NCBI GenBank assembly: GCA_964570365.1
Contig: CAZMXT010000002.1
Coordinates: forward strand, 57,752-121,751
Reading direction: 5' to 3'
DNA length: 64,000 nucleotides
DNA from: an uncultured Pseudomonadales bacterium
GTDB taxonomy: Bacteria; Patescibacteriota; Microgenomatia; UBA1400; PJMF01
Positions 19,479 through 31,146 of the stretch are shown one piece after another (the first letter of the stretch is position 1; every line of letters starts with the position of its first letter). The notes below the pieces were generated by a model. That model was not told the origin of the DNA. It saw only the letters and a list, made by a program, of their open reading frames with translations, and searched no databases. Position numbers and translations under genes: made by a program.

Positions 19479-21626
19479 CTACCGTACGTTAATTCCTTTT
19501 CGCTCTTCGACAATCTTGGCGGCAACGCTCTGTGGCACTTCATCGTAGTGACTTGGTAACAGCACTGAGCTGGCACGACCTTGGGTCATACTTCTCAAAA
19601 TTGTAACATATCCCTGCATCTCAGCCAGAGGTACGAGTGCTTTAATGATGACTGCTTTGCCGCGGTTACTCGTTCCTTGGATCTGGGCCCTGCGAGCACT
19701 TAAGTCACCAATCACGTCTCCCATAAACTCTTCTGGGGTAGTTACTTCTACGGTCATGATTGGCTCAAGAATGACGCCTCCAGCTTGGGAGACAGCGTCG
19801 CGAATACCAAGTGATCCGGCCATCTTAAATGACAGCTCACTCGAGTCAACATCATGGAAAGAACCGTCATATACAGTCACCTTGACGTCGATCATTGGAT
19901 AGCCAGCCACAAAGCCGCGCTCCATGGACTCCTGAATTCCTTTGTCAATTGGATTGATGAACTCACGAGGGATAGAGCCACCGGTGACGGCGTTCACAAA
20001 CTCGTAACCAGTACCACGTGGTAATGGTTCAATCCTGAGTAAACAGTGACCATATTGACCACGTCCGCCAGTTTGCTTGATGTACTTGCCTTCACCCTCA
20101 GCTTTTTGAGTAATGGCTTCACGATATGCAACTTGAGGAGCACCGACATTGGCCTCGACTTTATACTCGCGCTTCATTCGATCAACCAGAATCTCGAGGT
20201 GCAGCTCACCCATTCCAGAAATAATCGTTTGGCCGGTATTTGGATCAGACTTAATTCGGAAGGTTGGATCTTCTTCGGACAGCTTACCTAGTGCCACACC
20301 CATTTTTTCTTGGTCAGACTTGGTTTTTGGCTCAATGGCTAGAGACATGACAGGTTCTGCAAAAGAAATACCTTCCAACATAATTGGGTGGCCTTCATCA
20401 CAGAGCGTATCACCGGTTTTGGTGTCTTTCAAACCGACGATGGCGACGATCTCTCCAGAAAGCGCTTCTGTCACTTCTTCTCGCTGGTTGGCATGCATTA
20501 GTAGTAAGCGACCAACGCGCTCTTTGACTTTGCGAGTTGAGTTAAAGGTATAGGAGCCTGATGTTAACTTCCCAGAGTAAATCCGAACGTAGGTTAAACG
20601 ACCAACGTGTGGGTCAGTCTGGATTTTGAAGGAAAGACCTGCAAATGGCTCTTCTGGAACTAATTTGCGAACAATCTCTTCATTGGTCTTTGGATCCAGT
20701 CCTTTAATCTCGTTAATATCCTGAGGAGACGGCAGATACTCAACGACTGCATCAAGCAGCTGCTGGACACCGGTGTTACGCAGAGAAGATCCACAGAAAA
20801 CTGGCACTAAGGTGTAGCCAATCGTGGCTTTACGCAGTACAGCTTTCAGGTCATTGACCGCAATCTCTTCTGCATTTAAAAATTTTTCCATTAAGGTGTC
20901 ATCTAAGGCGGCAATTTGTTCTACCAACATACTGCGATACTTCTCTACATCTGCGACCATTTCTTCTGGGATCGGAACTTCGTTAAATTCAGCTCCAAGG
21001 TCACCCTTCTCCCAAATCCAGGCCTTTTTCTCGAGTAACTGGACAATTCCTTTGAATGTATTTTCGACACCGATTGGTAACACCATGATCGCTGGGTTGA
21101 CCCCAAATTTATTGCGGATATCATCTACACAACGTAAGAAGTCCGCTCCAATTTTGTCCATTTTGTTGACAAAACAGATACGAGGAACACTGTACTTATC
21201 AGCCTGACGCCATACAGTTTCAGATTGGGACTGGACACCCTCTTCGGCATCCAGAACCGTCACACCACCATCGAGCACGCGTAATGAGCGCTCTACTTCA
21301 GCGGTAAAGTCGACGTGACCGGGGGTATCAATAATATTGAAACGATACTGCTCTTTTTCGAGGTGAGTATCAAAGACTGGCGTCCAAAAGGTGGTAGTAG
21401 CCGCAGAAACGATGGTAATACCACGCTCTTTCTCTTGCTCCATCCAGTCCATTTGGGTTGCCCCATCATGAACCTCACCAATTTTGTAGGATTTACCGGT
21501 GTAGTAAAGAATGCGCTCAGTAGTAGTGGTTTTCCCGGCGTCAATGTGGGCAATGATGCCAATGTTCCGGATACGGTTAAGAGGGAGATTGCGCTCAGTT
21601 GTTTTAACAGTTTGCTGTCCAGCCAT
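19479..21626 (-). CDS. fusA: Elongation factor G
   Basis: [37 protein letters not shown]; start placed at ATG 21626 after AAGGAA. Confidence 0.99.
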   Translation of the reverse strand: MAGQQTVKTTERNLPLNRIRNIGIIAHIDAGKTTTTERILYYTGKSYKIGEVHDGATQMDWMEQEKERGITIVSAATTTFWTPVFDTHLEKEQYRFNIIDTPGHVDFTAEVERSLRVLDGGVTVLDAEEGVQSQSETVWRQADKYSVPRICFVNKMDKIGADFLRCVDDIRNKFGVNPAIMVLPIGVENTFKGIVQLLEKKAWIWEKGDLGAEFNEVPIPEEMVADVEKYRSMLVEQIAALDDTLMEKFLNAEEIAVNDLKAVLRKATIGYTLVPVFCGSSLRNTGVQQLLDAVVEYLPSPQDINEIKGLDPKTNEEIVRKLVPEEPFAGLSFKIQTDPHVGRLTYVRIYSGKLTSGSYTFNSTRKVKERVGRLLLMHANQREEVTEALSGEIVAIVGLKDTKTGDTLCDEGHPIMLEGISFAEPVMSLAIEPKTKSDQEKMGVALGKLSEEDPTFRIKSDPNTGQTIISGMGELHLEILVDRMKREYKVEANVGAPQVAYREAITQKAEGEGKYIKQTGGRGQYGHCLLRIEPLPRGTGYEFVNAVTGGSIPREFINPIDKGIQESMERGFVAGYPMIDVKVTVYDGSFHDVDSSELSFKMAGSLGIRDAVSQAGGVILEPIMTVEVTTPEEFMGDVIGDLSARRAQIQGTSNRGKAVIIKALVPLAEMQGYVTILRSMTQGRASSVLLPSHYDEVPQSVAAKIVEERKGINVR

Positions 21627-21675
21627 ACATTCCTTTATATTTCTTACCAATTAGTGTAGAGAATTTACCAAAACT

Positions 21676-22152
21676 TTACCATCTGAAGTGAGCAAATGCT
21701 TTATTCGCGTCAGCCATGCGGTGCGCGCCATCGCGTTTGCCAATGGATCCGCCAGTGTTGTTCAAGGCATCGAGCATCTCTGCGGCCAACTTCTCAGCAA
21801 AGCTGTGATACTGCTTATTTGAACGTTTATTTGCTTCCTCAACTAACCAACGGACTGAAAGGGAAAGGCCTCGACGTCCGCGGATTGGCATTGGCACCTG
21901 ATAGGCGGCTCCACCAACTCTTCTGGAACGAACTTCCATTTGAGGAGTAATCATTCTGATCACTTCTTCAACTAACTCCAGAGGCTTTTTGCCTGTTTCC
22001 TTGGCTAGAAGATCCAGTGCCAGATAGACCTGCTTCTCAGCAACTGACTTCTTGCCATCTCGCATCACCCGATTAATAATCTTAGTGATCTTGGGAGAGT
22101 TGAATTTTAAGTCTGGTTGGACTTCGATGATTTTGGCGCGTTTAGCTCGCAT
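21676..22152 (-). CDS. rpsG: 30S ribosomal protein S7
   Basis: MRDGKKSVAEK, EVRSRRVGGAAYQVP, HRMADANKAFAHFRW. Confidence 0.98.
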   Translation of the reverse strand: MRAKRAKIIEVQPDLKFNSPKITKIINRVMRDGKKSVAEKQVYLALDLLAKETGKKPLELVEEVIRMITPQMEVRSRRVGGAAYQVPMPIRGRRGLSLSVRWLVEEANKRSNKQYHSFAEKLAAEMLDALNNTGGSIGKRDGAHRMADANKAFAHFRW

Positions 22153-22172
22153 ATTGGTATTCCTTGATTTGA

Positions 22173-22595
22173 TTAAGCAGCGGCAGCTGGTTTCTTCATT
22201 CCGTATTTACTACGACTTGTTTTACGTTTCTCAACACCAGCAGCGTCGTACTTTCCACGAACGATGTGATACTTCACACCTGGTAAGTCTTTCACACGTC
22301 CACCGCGAACTAAGACGATACTATGTTCAGCAAGATTATGACCTTCTCCCATGATGTACGCAGTCACCTCCACCTTGTTAGAAAGACGGACACGAGCAAC
22401 TTTACGCAAAGCTGAGTTAGGTTTCTTTGGGGTCATGGTTTTGACCACGGTACAAACACCACGTTTTTGAGGATTTATTGTTTTGGTTGGCTTCCCAGTC
22501 ACACTGTTGAAGCTGCGACGAAAAGCACTCGACTTAATTCGCTTTGGATTACTCCGACGAGCTTTATTACGAATTAATTGATTAATTGTTGGCAT
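22173..22595 (-). CDS. rpsL: 30S ribosomal protein S12
   Basis: [37 protein letters not shown]. Confidence 0.98.
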   Translation of the reverse strand: MPTINQLIRNKARRSNPKRIKSSAFRRSFNSVTGKPTKTINPQKRGVCTVVKTMTPKKPNSALRKVARVRLSNKVEVTAYIMGEGHNLAEHSIVLVRGGRVKDLPGVKYHIVRGKYDAAGVEKRKTSRSKYGMKKPAAAA

Positions 22596-22859
22596 GAACA
22601 AACTCCTTACTAAAACTAACACTTGAGTGAAGGAGGAGGAAGAGAAGGAAAATCTTGAGGGGAAGAGAGACTATTGCGCCTACTCTACTTGCAAAGTTTT
22701 TCCTTGTATTACTCCTTTTTGAGGTGTTGTTCTACTCTGCTGTGTCTATCTCAACTGAGAAAAACCGAACAATCTCTTCACACAAGTTTGGGTATTGTAT
22801 CAGGGGGTGGGGAGAAATGCAAAGCGAGGTTAGCCACCCTCTTTCTATACAGGTTCACG

Positions 22860-23632
22860 TCAAAGCGAACTATAGGATTCCACATAAGCTTTCTTAGCGG
22901 CTTGATAAGCTCTTTCAAGTAAAGGAGAGTCACCTAAGCCAAACTCTTTTAGCATTTGGTAGTCTCTATCAAGCAGCAGCCAACGAGTGACAGCATCCTG
23001 AGCGACAGGAAAGGATTTATTTACGAATAGCCGGGTATCAACTCCTGAAAAATTCCTGATCATAAAAGATATATCAACCTTGAGTAGATCCTTCATAATT
23101 TTTCGCAACTCAAAAACTACACCCAGCTTATCAGCAAGGGGGGTTTGCTCACTCCCAGATAGATAGCTAAATGCATACTTTTCCATAAATGTGCGCAGTG
23201 TCTCCAACCTCTCTCGTGGACCATACTGGTCAAGATGCTTAATAGTGTTTTGACCCTGGAACTTGCTGAAGATTATGGTTGAAAGATCTCCCACAGCTGA
23301 CTCTGCTGAAAAAATTTTACCCTCATGGGATGTTAAAGTGATACCTATGGAATTTTCAGTCTGTAATTTTAAACTCAAAGCATCTAGCTTTAGACGAACA
23401 GCCGCTATTCTCATTCCATACTGAAGCTGAACTGTCTCCACCCCCTGTTCTTTTGCAGCTCTTACTTGATTGAGCTTATCTGCTTGTTCTTGAGGGTTAG
23501 TTCCCCGCCAATCTTGCTGATCCATTACTGGAAATTCACTTCCCTTTTCAAAGGCTCCTGCTTGATTGATTGCATATTGATGATGTCTTTCTGGTGGGGG
23601 GGGACTTCTGAACGTAAAGCAGGACTAATCAT
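22860..23632 (-). CDS. Orphan hypothetical protein between rpoC and rpsL; 5' part (ATG 23632) out of frame at a G8 tract
   Basis: 221-aa ORF 22860-23525; SD-preceded ATG at 23632 joins it if the G8 at 23596-23603 gains one base. Confidence 0.55.
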
Positions 23633-23670
23633 TTTTTCCTCTATTTTCTGTAGTATGAGTCTAGCATACC

Positions 23671-23701
23671 AAAAAGCCCCAACTTTGCAGCCAGGGCTTT
23701 T
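23671..23701 (-). terminator. Intrinsic terminator after rpoC
   Basis: AAAAGCCC...GGGCTTTT inverted repeat with T-run on both strands. Confidence 0.7.
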
Positions 23702-23740
23702 CTAGATTTCTTTCAAAACTCGCCTACTTTACCTTTTCGC

Positions 23741-26700
23741 TTAGGCCTCAATCATTGCCCGATCTGGTGAAGTCGGAATTAAGCGACCGATGATGACGTT
23801 CTCTTTCAAGCCTTCGAGGTAGTCGATGGCACCTGTCACCGCGGCGTCGGTGAGGACGTTCTTGGTGTGTTGGAAGGATGCCGCTGATAACCATGAACTG
23901 GTAAAGAGAGATGATCTGGTAATACCGAGAATCATCACCTTGGCTGTTGCTGGCTCACCGCCGGCTGCCATGACGGCATCGTTGGCTTGCACAAACTTGG
24001 CTCGTTCACTGACTTCACCAGTTAAGTACTCTGTGTCGCCTGGTGACTCGATCTGAACCTTGTCACTCATCTTGCGCACAATCACTTCAAAGTGCTTGTC
24101 GTGAATTGGAATACCTTGTGACTCGTACACTTTCTGAATCTGTTCAATGGTGTACTCTTGAGCGGCTAACATGCCACGAACTTGTAAAATCTCGCGCACA
24201 TCTAAGCTGCCCTTGGTCAACTGAGTACCTGTATTCACTAACTCGCCTTCAGCGACTTTCAGCGCCAACGCTTTGGGCACAGTGTAGACACGCTCTTCTA
24301 CTGGCTGAGAAGTACTTCTGATGGTGATGACGTTGGCCATCTCAGTCACTTCAACAGAAACTTTACCAGAGATCTCGGCCATTGGGGCTGGTGTCTTTGG
24401 GATACGAGCTTCAAAGAGCTCTTCTACACGTGGCAGACCTTGAGTCACGTCGAGTCCGACGATACCTCCAGAGTGCTTGACACGCATCGTGAGCTGAGTT
24501 CCTGGCTCACCGATTGATTGAGCACCAATGACTCCGACTGGAACACCGATCTCCACCATACCTCTAGTAGAGAAGTCCCAACCGTAGCATTGAGCACAAA
24601 TTCCTCTGGAAGCCTTACAAGTTAAAGGTGAACGGACAAATGCTGATGCAACTTTAGATTTTTCAATCTGGACTGAAATCTCATCAGTGATCATCTCGCC
24701 ACCCTTCACAATAGTCTTCTTGCCATCAACGATATCGTTCAAAGCAATCCGACCAACTAAGCGGTTACCAAAGATTGCTGCGCGTGGCTCACGGTGAATC
24801 TCTAAGCCTTTGTCAGTTTGACAGTCTTGCAACCGGATGATGACATCGTGAGAGACGTCTACTAAACGACGGGTTAAGTACCCGGCGTCAGCAGTCTTCA
24901 GCGCTGAGTCAGTCAAACCTTTTCGAGAACCACGTGAGGATGTCACGTACTCGAAAATGGTTAATCCCTGGCGGAAATTTGACTTGGTTGGCATTTCCAC
25001 AATCTTACCGAGTGGGTCAACGACGAGTCCACGCATAGCAGCCAGCTGTTTCACCTGGTCCTTGGAAGCACGAGTACCTCCAGAGTTGATCATGACTTTG
25101 ACCGCATTATTTTCTGGGTATGAAGCCCAGGTCTTTTCGGCCACAGTCTCTGTCGTATCCATCCAAATTTGGAAAGTTAAACGGCGACGCTCTTCGATAG
25201 TGACTAAACCATCAAGATAACTTTGCTGAACTTCTTCAGCCTTCTTGTTGGCTCCTTCAATAATGACATCTTTTTCAGCGATCATCTTACAGTCACTGAC
25301 CGAGACTGAAAGTCCGGAGGTGGTGGCTGCTTCAAAGCCAAGGTCCTTGATATCGTCAATTAAGGCACTGACTCTGTCTGAAGTTTCAGTGTGAATTGCA
25401 ACCGTAACTAACTCTTTAATTTTCTTGGCGGTAATTGAGTCATTCACAAATCTCAGACTCTCAGGCAAGACGTCATTAAAGAGCAAACGGCCGACAGTTG
25501 TTTTGACAATTGAGGACTTACCAGCAGCATCCTTTAAACGAACACTGATCAGCTGTCGCATCGAGATCACTCCTGTTTGATGAGCATGATATGCCTCATC
25601 TTGAGAAGAGAAGATCGATGGGTGAGCTGGAGCATCAACGTCAATAGATGTCTGATAGTAGGAACCCATAGCCATTTCTTTGTTTGGCACGGTAATTGGA
25701 TCACCATTGGCTGGCTTTAAGAGGTTGCGAGAAGCCAGCATTAAGGTGCGAGCTTCTTCTTGGGCCTCAACAGTCAAAGGGACGTGAACAGCCATCTGGT
25801 CGCCGTCAAAGTCAGCGTTATATCCAGAACAAACACATGGATGTAAGCGGATCGCTTTTCCTTCAATTAACAGAGGGAAAAAAGCCTGCATACCAAGTTT
25901 ATGAAGCGTAGGAGCGCGATTTAGTACCACAGGGTGGTCATAGATGACTTTTTCCAAGATGTCATAGACTTCTGGTTCGCGACGTTCAATCAGATGCTTG
26001 GCACTTTTTACATTTGGTGCAGTGCCTTGCATGATTAATTGATGGAGCACATATGGCTTAAACATTTCGAGTGCCATGTCTTTTGGAAGTCCACACTCAT
26101 TCAACTTGAGCTCTGGACCTACCACGATCACAGATCGACCAGAATAGTCAACACGCTTACCCAGTAAGTTCTGGCGGAAGCGACCTTGCTTGCCGCGCAG
26201 CATCTCTGAGAGGGAACGCAATGGCTTACGGTTCGAACGACGCTTGGCTTGGCGAGCTTGGCTACTGTCAATTAAGGAGTCCACTGCCTCTTGCAGCATA
26301 CGCTTTTCGTTGCGTAAGATGATCTCTGGAGCACCTAACTCGATCAAGTGCTTTAACCGATTATTGCGGTTGATCACGCGTCGATAAAGGTCATTCAAAT
26401 CTGAAGTTGCAAATCTTCCGCCTGACAGCTGCACCATCGGTCGCAGATCTGGGGGAATAACTGGCAAAACAGTTAAGAAGGTCCAGGTAGGGGTGATTTT
26501 GGCTTTTATTAAACCTTCCACTACGCGAAGGCGCTTGGTTGCTTTGATTTTCTTGGCACCTTTGGCCTCAGCCATCTCAGCACGCAACTTCTCAACTAAC
26601 TCTATCAAGTCAACGTCTTGGACTAACTCCATGATGCTCTCGGCACCCATTCCCACCCGAAGGTGATCCACGGCGTTGTACTCGTCTAACTTCAAATACT

Positions 26701-27439
26701 CATCTTCACTCAAGATAGAACCCTTGCGGATTCGCTTCAGCATGGATTTGAGTGTCTTGTAGACTTCTTCTGTTTGCTCTAACTGAGTTTCCAACTGCTC
26801 TTTGAGGTTGGTCAGGGCTTGTTTGGCCTTGAGCGTAATTTCGGTAACGCGCAGCTCCAAAGTTTCTTGACTCTTGACCTTGTTCTGTAGACTGGCTTTG
26901 GCTTCTTCAAGATCTGTCTTGACCTTTTCCATATCTAACTTGGTCTTTTCCTTCAGTTCATCTTGAGCAATCACCAACTCACTGTCGAGCTTCTCGACCA
27001 CTTGATTGCGCTCTTCTTGATCTACACTCAATACTACGTACTGAGAGAAGTAGATGATTGAAGCCAAGTTACGAGGTGAGATGTCGAGCAAGAGTGACAA
27101 CTTAGAAGGAGCTCCCTTGAAAAACCAGATATGAGCGATTGGAGTCGCTAAAGTAATGTGACCCATGCGCTCACGACGTACTCGAGATTGAGTTACTTCG
27201 ACGCCACACTTGTCACAAATAATACCTTTATAGCGGATCCGCTTGTACTTCCCACAGTAGCACTCATAGTCTTTCATCGGGCCAAAGATCTTTTCATCAA
27301 AAAGACCATCTTTTTCAGCACGCAAAGATCGATAATTGATGGTTTCTGGTTTCTTGACTTCGCCATAAGACCAAGACTTGATGATCTCTGGGGAGGCAAT
27401 ACGAATTTCTAGGGATGTAAAGTCTACTATTTGTTTCAT
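23741..27439 (-). CDS. rpoC: RNA polymerase beta' subunit
   Basis: CYCGKYK zinc site, NADFDGDQMAVH catalytic motif, IGEPGTQLTM. Confidence 0.99.
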   Translation of the reverse strand: MKQIVDFTSLEIRIASPEIIKSWSYGEVKKPETINYRSLRAEKDGLFDEKIFGPMKDYECYCGKYKRIRYKGIICDKCGVEVTQSRVRRERMGHITLATPIAHIWFFKGAPSKLSLLLDISPRNLASIIYFSQYVVLSVDQEERNQVVEKLDSELVIAQDELKEKTKLDMEKVKTDLEEAKASLQNKVKSQETLELRVTEITLKAKQALTNLKEQLETQLEQTEEVYKTLKSMLKRIRKGSILSEDEYLKLDEYNAVDHLRVGMGAESIMELVQDVDLIELVEKLRAEMAEAKGAKKIKATKRLRVVEGLIKAKITPTWTFLTVLPVIPPDLRPMVQLSGGRFATSDLNDLYRRVINRNNRLKHLIELGAPEIILRNEKRMLQEAVDSLIDSSQARQAKRRSNRKPLRSLSEMLRGKQGRFRQNLLGKRVDYSGRSVIVVGPELKLNECGLPKDMALEMFKPYVLHQLIMQGTAPNVKSAKHLIERREPEVYDILEKVIYDHPVVLNRAPTLHKLGMQAFFPLLIEGKAIRLHPCVCSGYNADFDGDQMAVHVPLTVEAQEEARTLMLASRNLLKPANGDPITVPNKEMAMGSYYQTSIDVDAPAHPSIFSSQDEAYHAHQTGVISMRQLISVRLKDAAGKSSIVKTTVGRLLFNDVLPESLRFVNDSITAKKIKELVTVAIHTETSDRVSALIDDIKDLGFEAATTSGLSVSVSDCKMIAEKDVIIEGANKKAEEVQQSYLDGLVTIEERRRLTFQIWMDTTETVAEKTWASYPENNAVKVMINSGGTRASKDQVKQLAAMRGLVVDPLGKIVEMPTKSNFRQGLTIFEYVTSSRGSRKGLTDSALKTADAGYLTRRLVDVSHDVIIRLQDCQTDKGLEIHREPRAAIFGNRLVGRIALNDIVDGKKTIVKGGEMITDEISVQIEKSKVASAFVRSPLTCKASRGICAQCYGWDFSTRGMVEIGVPVGVIGAQSIGEPGTQLTMRVKHSGGIVGLDVTQGLPRVEELFEARIPKTPAPMAEISGKVSVEVTEMANVITIRSTSQPVEERVYTVPKALALKVAEGELVNTGTQLTKGSLDVREILQVRGMLAAQEYTIEQIQKVYESQGIPIHDKHFEVIVRKMSDKVQIESPGDTEYLTGEVSERAKFVQANDAVMAAGGEPATAKVMILGITRSSLFTSSWLSAASFQHTKNVLTDAAVTGAIDYLEGLKENVIIGRLIPTSPDRAMIEA

Positions 27440-30400
27440 AATGCTCCTTCTTCGACTGCTTCGAGGTCTTCAGGCTCGGGTTCTTTTTCTTCTGTCTCGA
27501 CTTCAGTGTCACCAGCAATCACGGCTTCCTCATCAGTGACGGTCAGCTCTTCGCCAGTTGCAGCCTCATCCTGAACTAAAGTCAAATCGATAATGTCATC
27601 AGTCGCATTCAGAGGGAGAACTGCCTTATCGGCTTCATCAGCTGCATCGACAACTTCTTCACCATGAGGGACGATGTTCAGGCCAAGAGACTTGACTTCA
27701 CATAAGAAGACTCGGAAAGACTCCGTGACTGTTGGATCAGGAATTTCAGTTCCCTTGACAATAGCTTCAAAGGTCTTGGCTCTTCCCACGACGTCGTCTG
27801 ACTTAATCGTCAACATTTCTTGCAACATGTGAGCTGCTCGATGTGCTTCCAAGGCCCAGACTTCCATTTCTCCAAGTCGCTGTCCTCCCATTTGAGCTTT
27901 TCCACCCAAAGGCTGTTGTGTAACTAAGGAGTATGGTCCAGTTGAGCGAGCATGAGTCTTATCTTCCACCATGTGGATCAGCTTCAAGATGTACCCGATA
28001 CCGACGGTGGTGTCTTCGCTAAATGGCTCTCCGGTGCGGCCATCAATTAAACGGACTTTTCCACTGGCTGGCAAGCCCGCGCGCTCGAGCTCTTCCCAAA
28101 TCTTAGCTTCATTGACTTTTTCAAAGGCTGGGATGGCTACTTTATAGCCCAGCTTATCTGCAGCCCACCCCAAGTGGGACTCTAACAGCTGACCAAGGTT
28201 CATACGAGCCAAGACAGAAAGTGGCGAAATAATAATATCAATTGGCGTACCATCGGCCAAGTGTGGCATGTCAGCTTCTGGCACAATCTTGGAAATAACA
28301 CCTTTGTTTCCGTGACGTCCTGCAACCTTGTCTCCGACAGTAATCTTACGAACTTGAGCAACTTTAACGGTCACTTCTTTAATAGTTCCTGGATCTAACT
28401 CATCACCGAGATCTCGATCGAGGATCTGAACATCAATCACCACACCACTCTCACCATGAGGCATGCGTAGCGAGGTGTCTCGGACTTCGCGAGACTTCTC
28501 ACCAAAGATAGCTCGGAGTAGTCGCTCTTCAGGAGTCAACTCTGTCTCACCTTTAGGAGCAATCTTTCCCACTAAGATATCACCCGAAGTTACAACTGAA
28601 CCAATCCGGATGATACCGTCTGGAGTTAAGTTGCCTAAGAACGCTTCAGCCACATTTGGAATATCGTTGGTTAATTCCTCAGGTCCAAGCTTGGTATCCA
28701 TGACAGTGGCTCGGTATTCACTAATGTGAATAGAGGTCAACAGATCTTGTTTCACAATTCGGTCTGAGATAACGATGGCGTCTTCGTAGCCGAGTCCTTC
28801 AAATGAAGAATAGGCGATCAATAAGTTTGAACCAAGAGCCAACTCTCCATTATCAGTAGCTGGTCCATCAATAATGACGTCACCACGCTTGATTTTTTGG
28901 CCAACTACGACTGTTGGTTTCTGAGAGTAACAGGTACTTTGTGAGGTTCTAAAGAACTTCTCTACCTGATAGGTTTCGGTTTCATCGTTCAGGACAATGC
29001 GTTCGTTTTCATCAGTCTTTTGGAGTAACTTGGCATGATCTTTTTCTTTTTTATCTAACTCAACAACAACTCTGTTGGCATCAACATACTTAACTACTCC
29101 AGCGTGACGGGCAGAAACAGTGCGTTCCATGGCTACAGCCACGGCATTTTCCATACCAGTACCAACCACTGGAGCTTCTGGTTTCAATAATGGCACTGCT
29201 TGACACTGCATGTGCGTACCCATCAGGGCGCGATTCGCTTCGTCATGAGCAATAAAAGGGATCAGTGAAGCTGAAGTACCAATCACCTGACGTGGAATGA
29301 CGTCAATGTACTCGACATCAGTTGCTGGACCTTCCATAAAGTCATTCATGTGACGGATAGGCACCCACTCCTGAGTAATTTCGTTGTTATCACTGATCTC
29401 GACACCAGCATGAGTAATCTTGACATCTTCCTCGTCATCAGCAGAAAGATAGGTAATCTCATCTTGGATCATCATCTTGCCATTTTTGTTGACTACTTTT
29501 CGATATGGAGCTTCTAAGAAACCAAAGTTGTTCACCTTGGCATAGAGTGCTAAGTAGGTGACTAATCCGATGTTTGGGCCTTCTGGAGAACGAACCGGGT
29601 CGATTCTGGAGTACTGAGAGGCATTAATGTCACGCATTGAGAAAGAAGCGCGCTCTCTGGTCACACCACCACTACCCATTACTGACAAACGGCGTAAGTT
29701 ATCAATCTCAGCCAAAGGATTCGTTTGGTCAAGAATGGTTGATAAACGGTTGCGACGGAAAAATTCAGAAATAGTGGCAATCAATGGTCGAGCATTGACT
29801 AAAGCAGCTGGAGTTAAAACTTCATCTGTTTTGGTTAAGGACATTTTCTCACGAATAGATCGCTCTAAACGAATTAAGCCAATGCGGAAGGCATTTGCTT
29901 GCACCAACTCACCGACTCGGCGCACACGGCGGTTACTCAAGTGATCAATGTCGTCAACCTTCCCTTTACCATGTTGGAGCACGATTAAGTAACGAACTGC
30001 GGCCACGATGTCTCGAGGAGTCAAGACTGTGGAGGTTTCGTTAATATCAATCTTTAAGCGGCGATTTAATTTGTATCTACCCACTTCACCCAGGTCATAG
30101 CGGCGAGAATCAAAGAACATTTGTTGTAAAAGTTGTTTCGCATTTTCCAAGACGGCTGGCTCACCTGGTCTCATTTTTTCGTACAGCTCAATTAAAGCCT
30201 CAGCTTGGCTTTGAGTAGCATCTTTTTGTAATGTATTTTTAATGTAGTCAGTTGCACCTTTGATATCCACATCTGCAAATAACTTCATGATTTCTTCGTT
30301 AGTTCCATAACCCATAGCACGAAGTAACACGCTGACTGGCATCTTACGACGTCGGTCGATCTTGACGGTAATCACATCACGTTTGCCGACATTGATCTCA

Positions 30401-30921
30401 ATCCAAGAGCCACGTAAAGGCCTCAACTCTGCTTGATACAGCATCTTACCGATTGAAGGCTCCATGTCGCCAGAGAAGAAAATACCTGGAGAACGAACTA
30501 ACTGAGTGACCACTGCACGCTCGATACCATTAATAATAAAGGTGCCAGCTGAGGTCATTTTAGGAATATCACCTAAGAACACTTCTTGGGTTTGCTCTTC
30601 ACCAGTGCGTTTATTGAGCAAAGTTGCTTCAACACGAATGGGAATATCAAAGGAGACGGCTTTTTTCTTGGCTTGGAAGCGAGTGTACTTGGCTTTACCA
30701 AAGTGATATGCGCCAAACTTAAGACTCCAGTTCTTACCAGTGAAGTCTTCTATGCCATTTTCACCATTAATTTCATCAAGAGATAGACGAATGCCGATCT
30801 CGAGAAACTGTTCGTAACTCTCGCGCTGGACTTTAGTCAAGTCAAGCTCAGGCAGAGCCACACCGGTTTTCCCCCAGTACTGGCGCTCGCTTTGATGCGG
30901 TGAAGATGAAGTTTGCAACAT
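27436..30921 (-). CDS. rpoB: RNA polymerase beta subunit with acidic C-terminal tail
   Basis: DDIDHLSNRRVR, GDKVAGRHGNKG, GGQRLGEMEVWALEA; start ATG 30921 after AAGGAG. Confidence 0.99.
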   Translation of the reverse strand: MLQTSSSPHQSERQYWGKTGVALPELDLTKVQRESYEQFLEIGIRLSLDEINGENGIEDFTGKNWSLKFGAYHFGKAKYTRFQAKKKAVSFDIPIRVEATLLNKRTGEEQTQEVFLGDIPKMTSAGTFIINGIERAVVTQLVRSPGIFFSGDMEPSIGKMLYQAELRPLRGSWIEINVGKRDVITVKIDRRRKMPVSVLLRAMGYGTNEEIMKLFADVDIKGATDYIKNTLQKDATQSQAEALIELYEKMRPGEPAVLENAKQLLQQMFFDSRRYDLGEVGRYKLNRRLKIDINETSTVLTPRDIVAAVRYLIVLQHGKGKVDDIDHLSNRRVRRVGELVQANAFRIGLIRLERSIREKMSLTKTDEVLTPAALVNARPLIATISEFFRRNRLSTILDQTNPLAEIDNLRRLSVMGSGGVTRERASFSMRDINASQYSRIDPVRSPEGPNIGLVTYLALYAKVNNFGFLEAPYRKVVNKNGKMMIQDEITYLSADDEEDVKITHAGVEISDNNEITQEWVPIRHMNDFMEGPATDVEYIDVIPRQVIGTSASLIPFIAHDEANRALMGTHMQCQAVPLLKPEAPVVGTGMENAVAVAMERTVSARHAGVVKYVDANRVVVELDKKEKDHAKLLQKTDENERIVLNDETETYQVEKFFRTSQSTCYSQKPTVVVGQKIKRGDVIIDGPATDNGELALGSNLLIAYSSFEGLGYEDAIVISDRIVKQDLLTSIHISEYRATVMDTKLGPEELTNDIPNVAEAFLGNLTPDGIIRIGSVVTSGDILVGKIAPKGETELTPEERLLRAIFGEKSREVRDTSLRMPHGESGVVIDVQILDRDLGDELDPGTIKEVTVKVAQVRKITVGDKVAGRHGNKGVISKIVPEADMPHLADGTPIDIIISPLSVLARMNLGQLLESHLGWAADKLGYKVAIPAFEKVNEAKIWEELERAGLPASGKVRLIDGRTGEPFSEDTTVGIGYILKLIHMVEDKTHARSTGPYSLVTQQPLGGKAQMGGQRLGEMEVWALEAHRAAHMLQEMLTIKSDDVVGRAKTFEAIVKGTEIPDPTVTESFRVFLCEVKSLGLNIVPHGEEVVDAADEADKAVLPLNATDDIIDLTLVQDEAATGEELTVTDEEAVIAGDTEVETEEKEPEPEDLEAVEEGAL

Positions 30922-31146
30922 GAACGCTCCTTTTTCCGTTAAATAAACGGACCTGATCTGTATGCAAATGCGAACCAAAAAAAGGCTGCCCTCCGAGAGG
31001 ACCTCCTTCTGTTAGACGCAGTTTAGTCAAAAAGAAAATGTATTTGGCAAGCCAACTTTCTCGATTTACGACGCGAAATTGCAGTTTTCGCGTAGGTGAT
31101 TTTACCAATCATTTTTAATTAATGCAATGGCGAATTGTATCATCAT

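Noticed and set aside
225-31000. Numerous plus-strand ORFs of 60-135 aa opposite ribosomal, EF and RNAP genes
   Set aside because: Antisense shadows of conserved genes, with no recognisable motifs or start signals.
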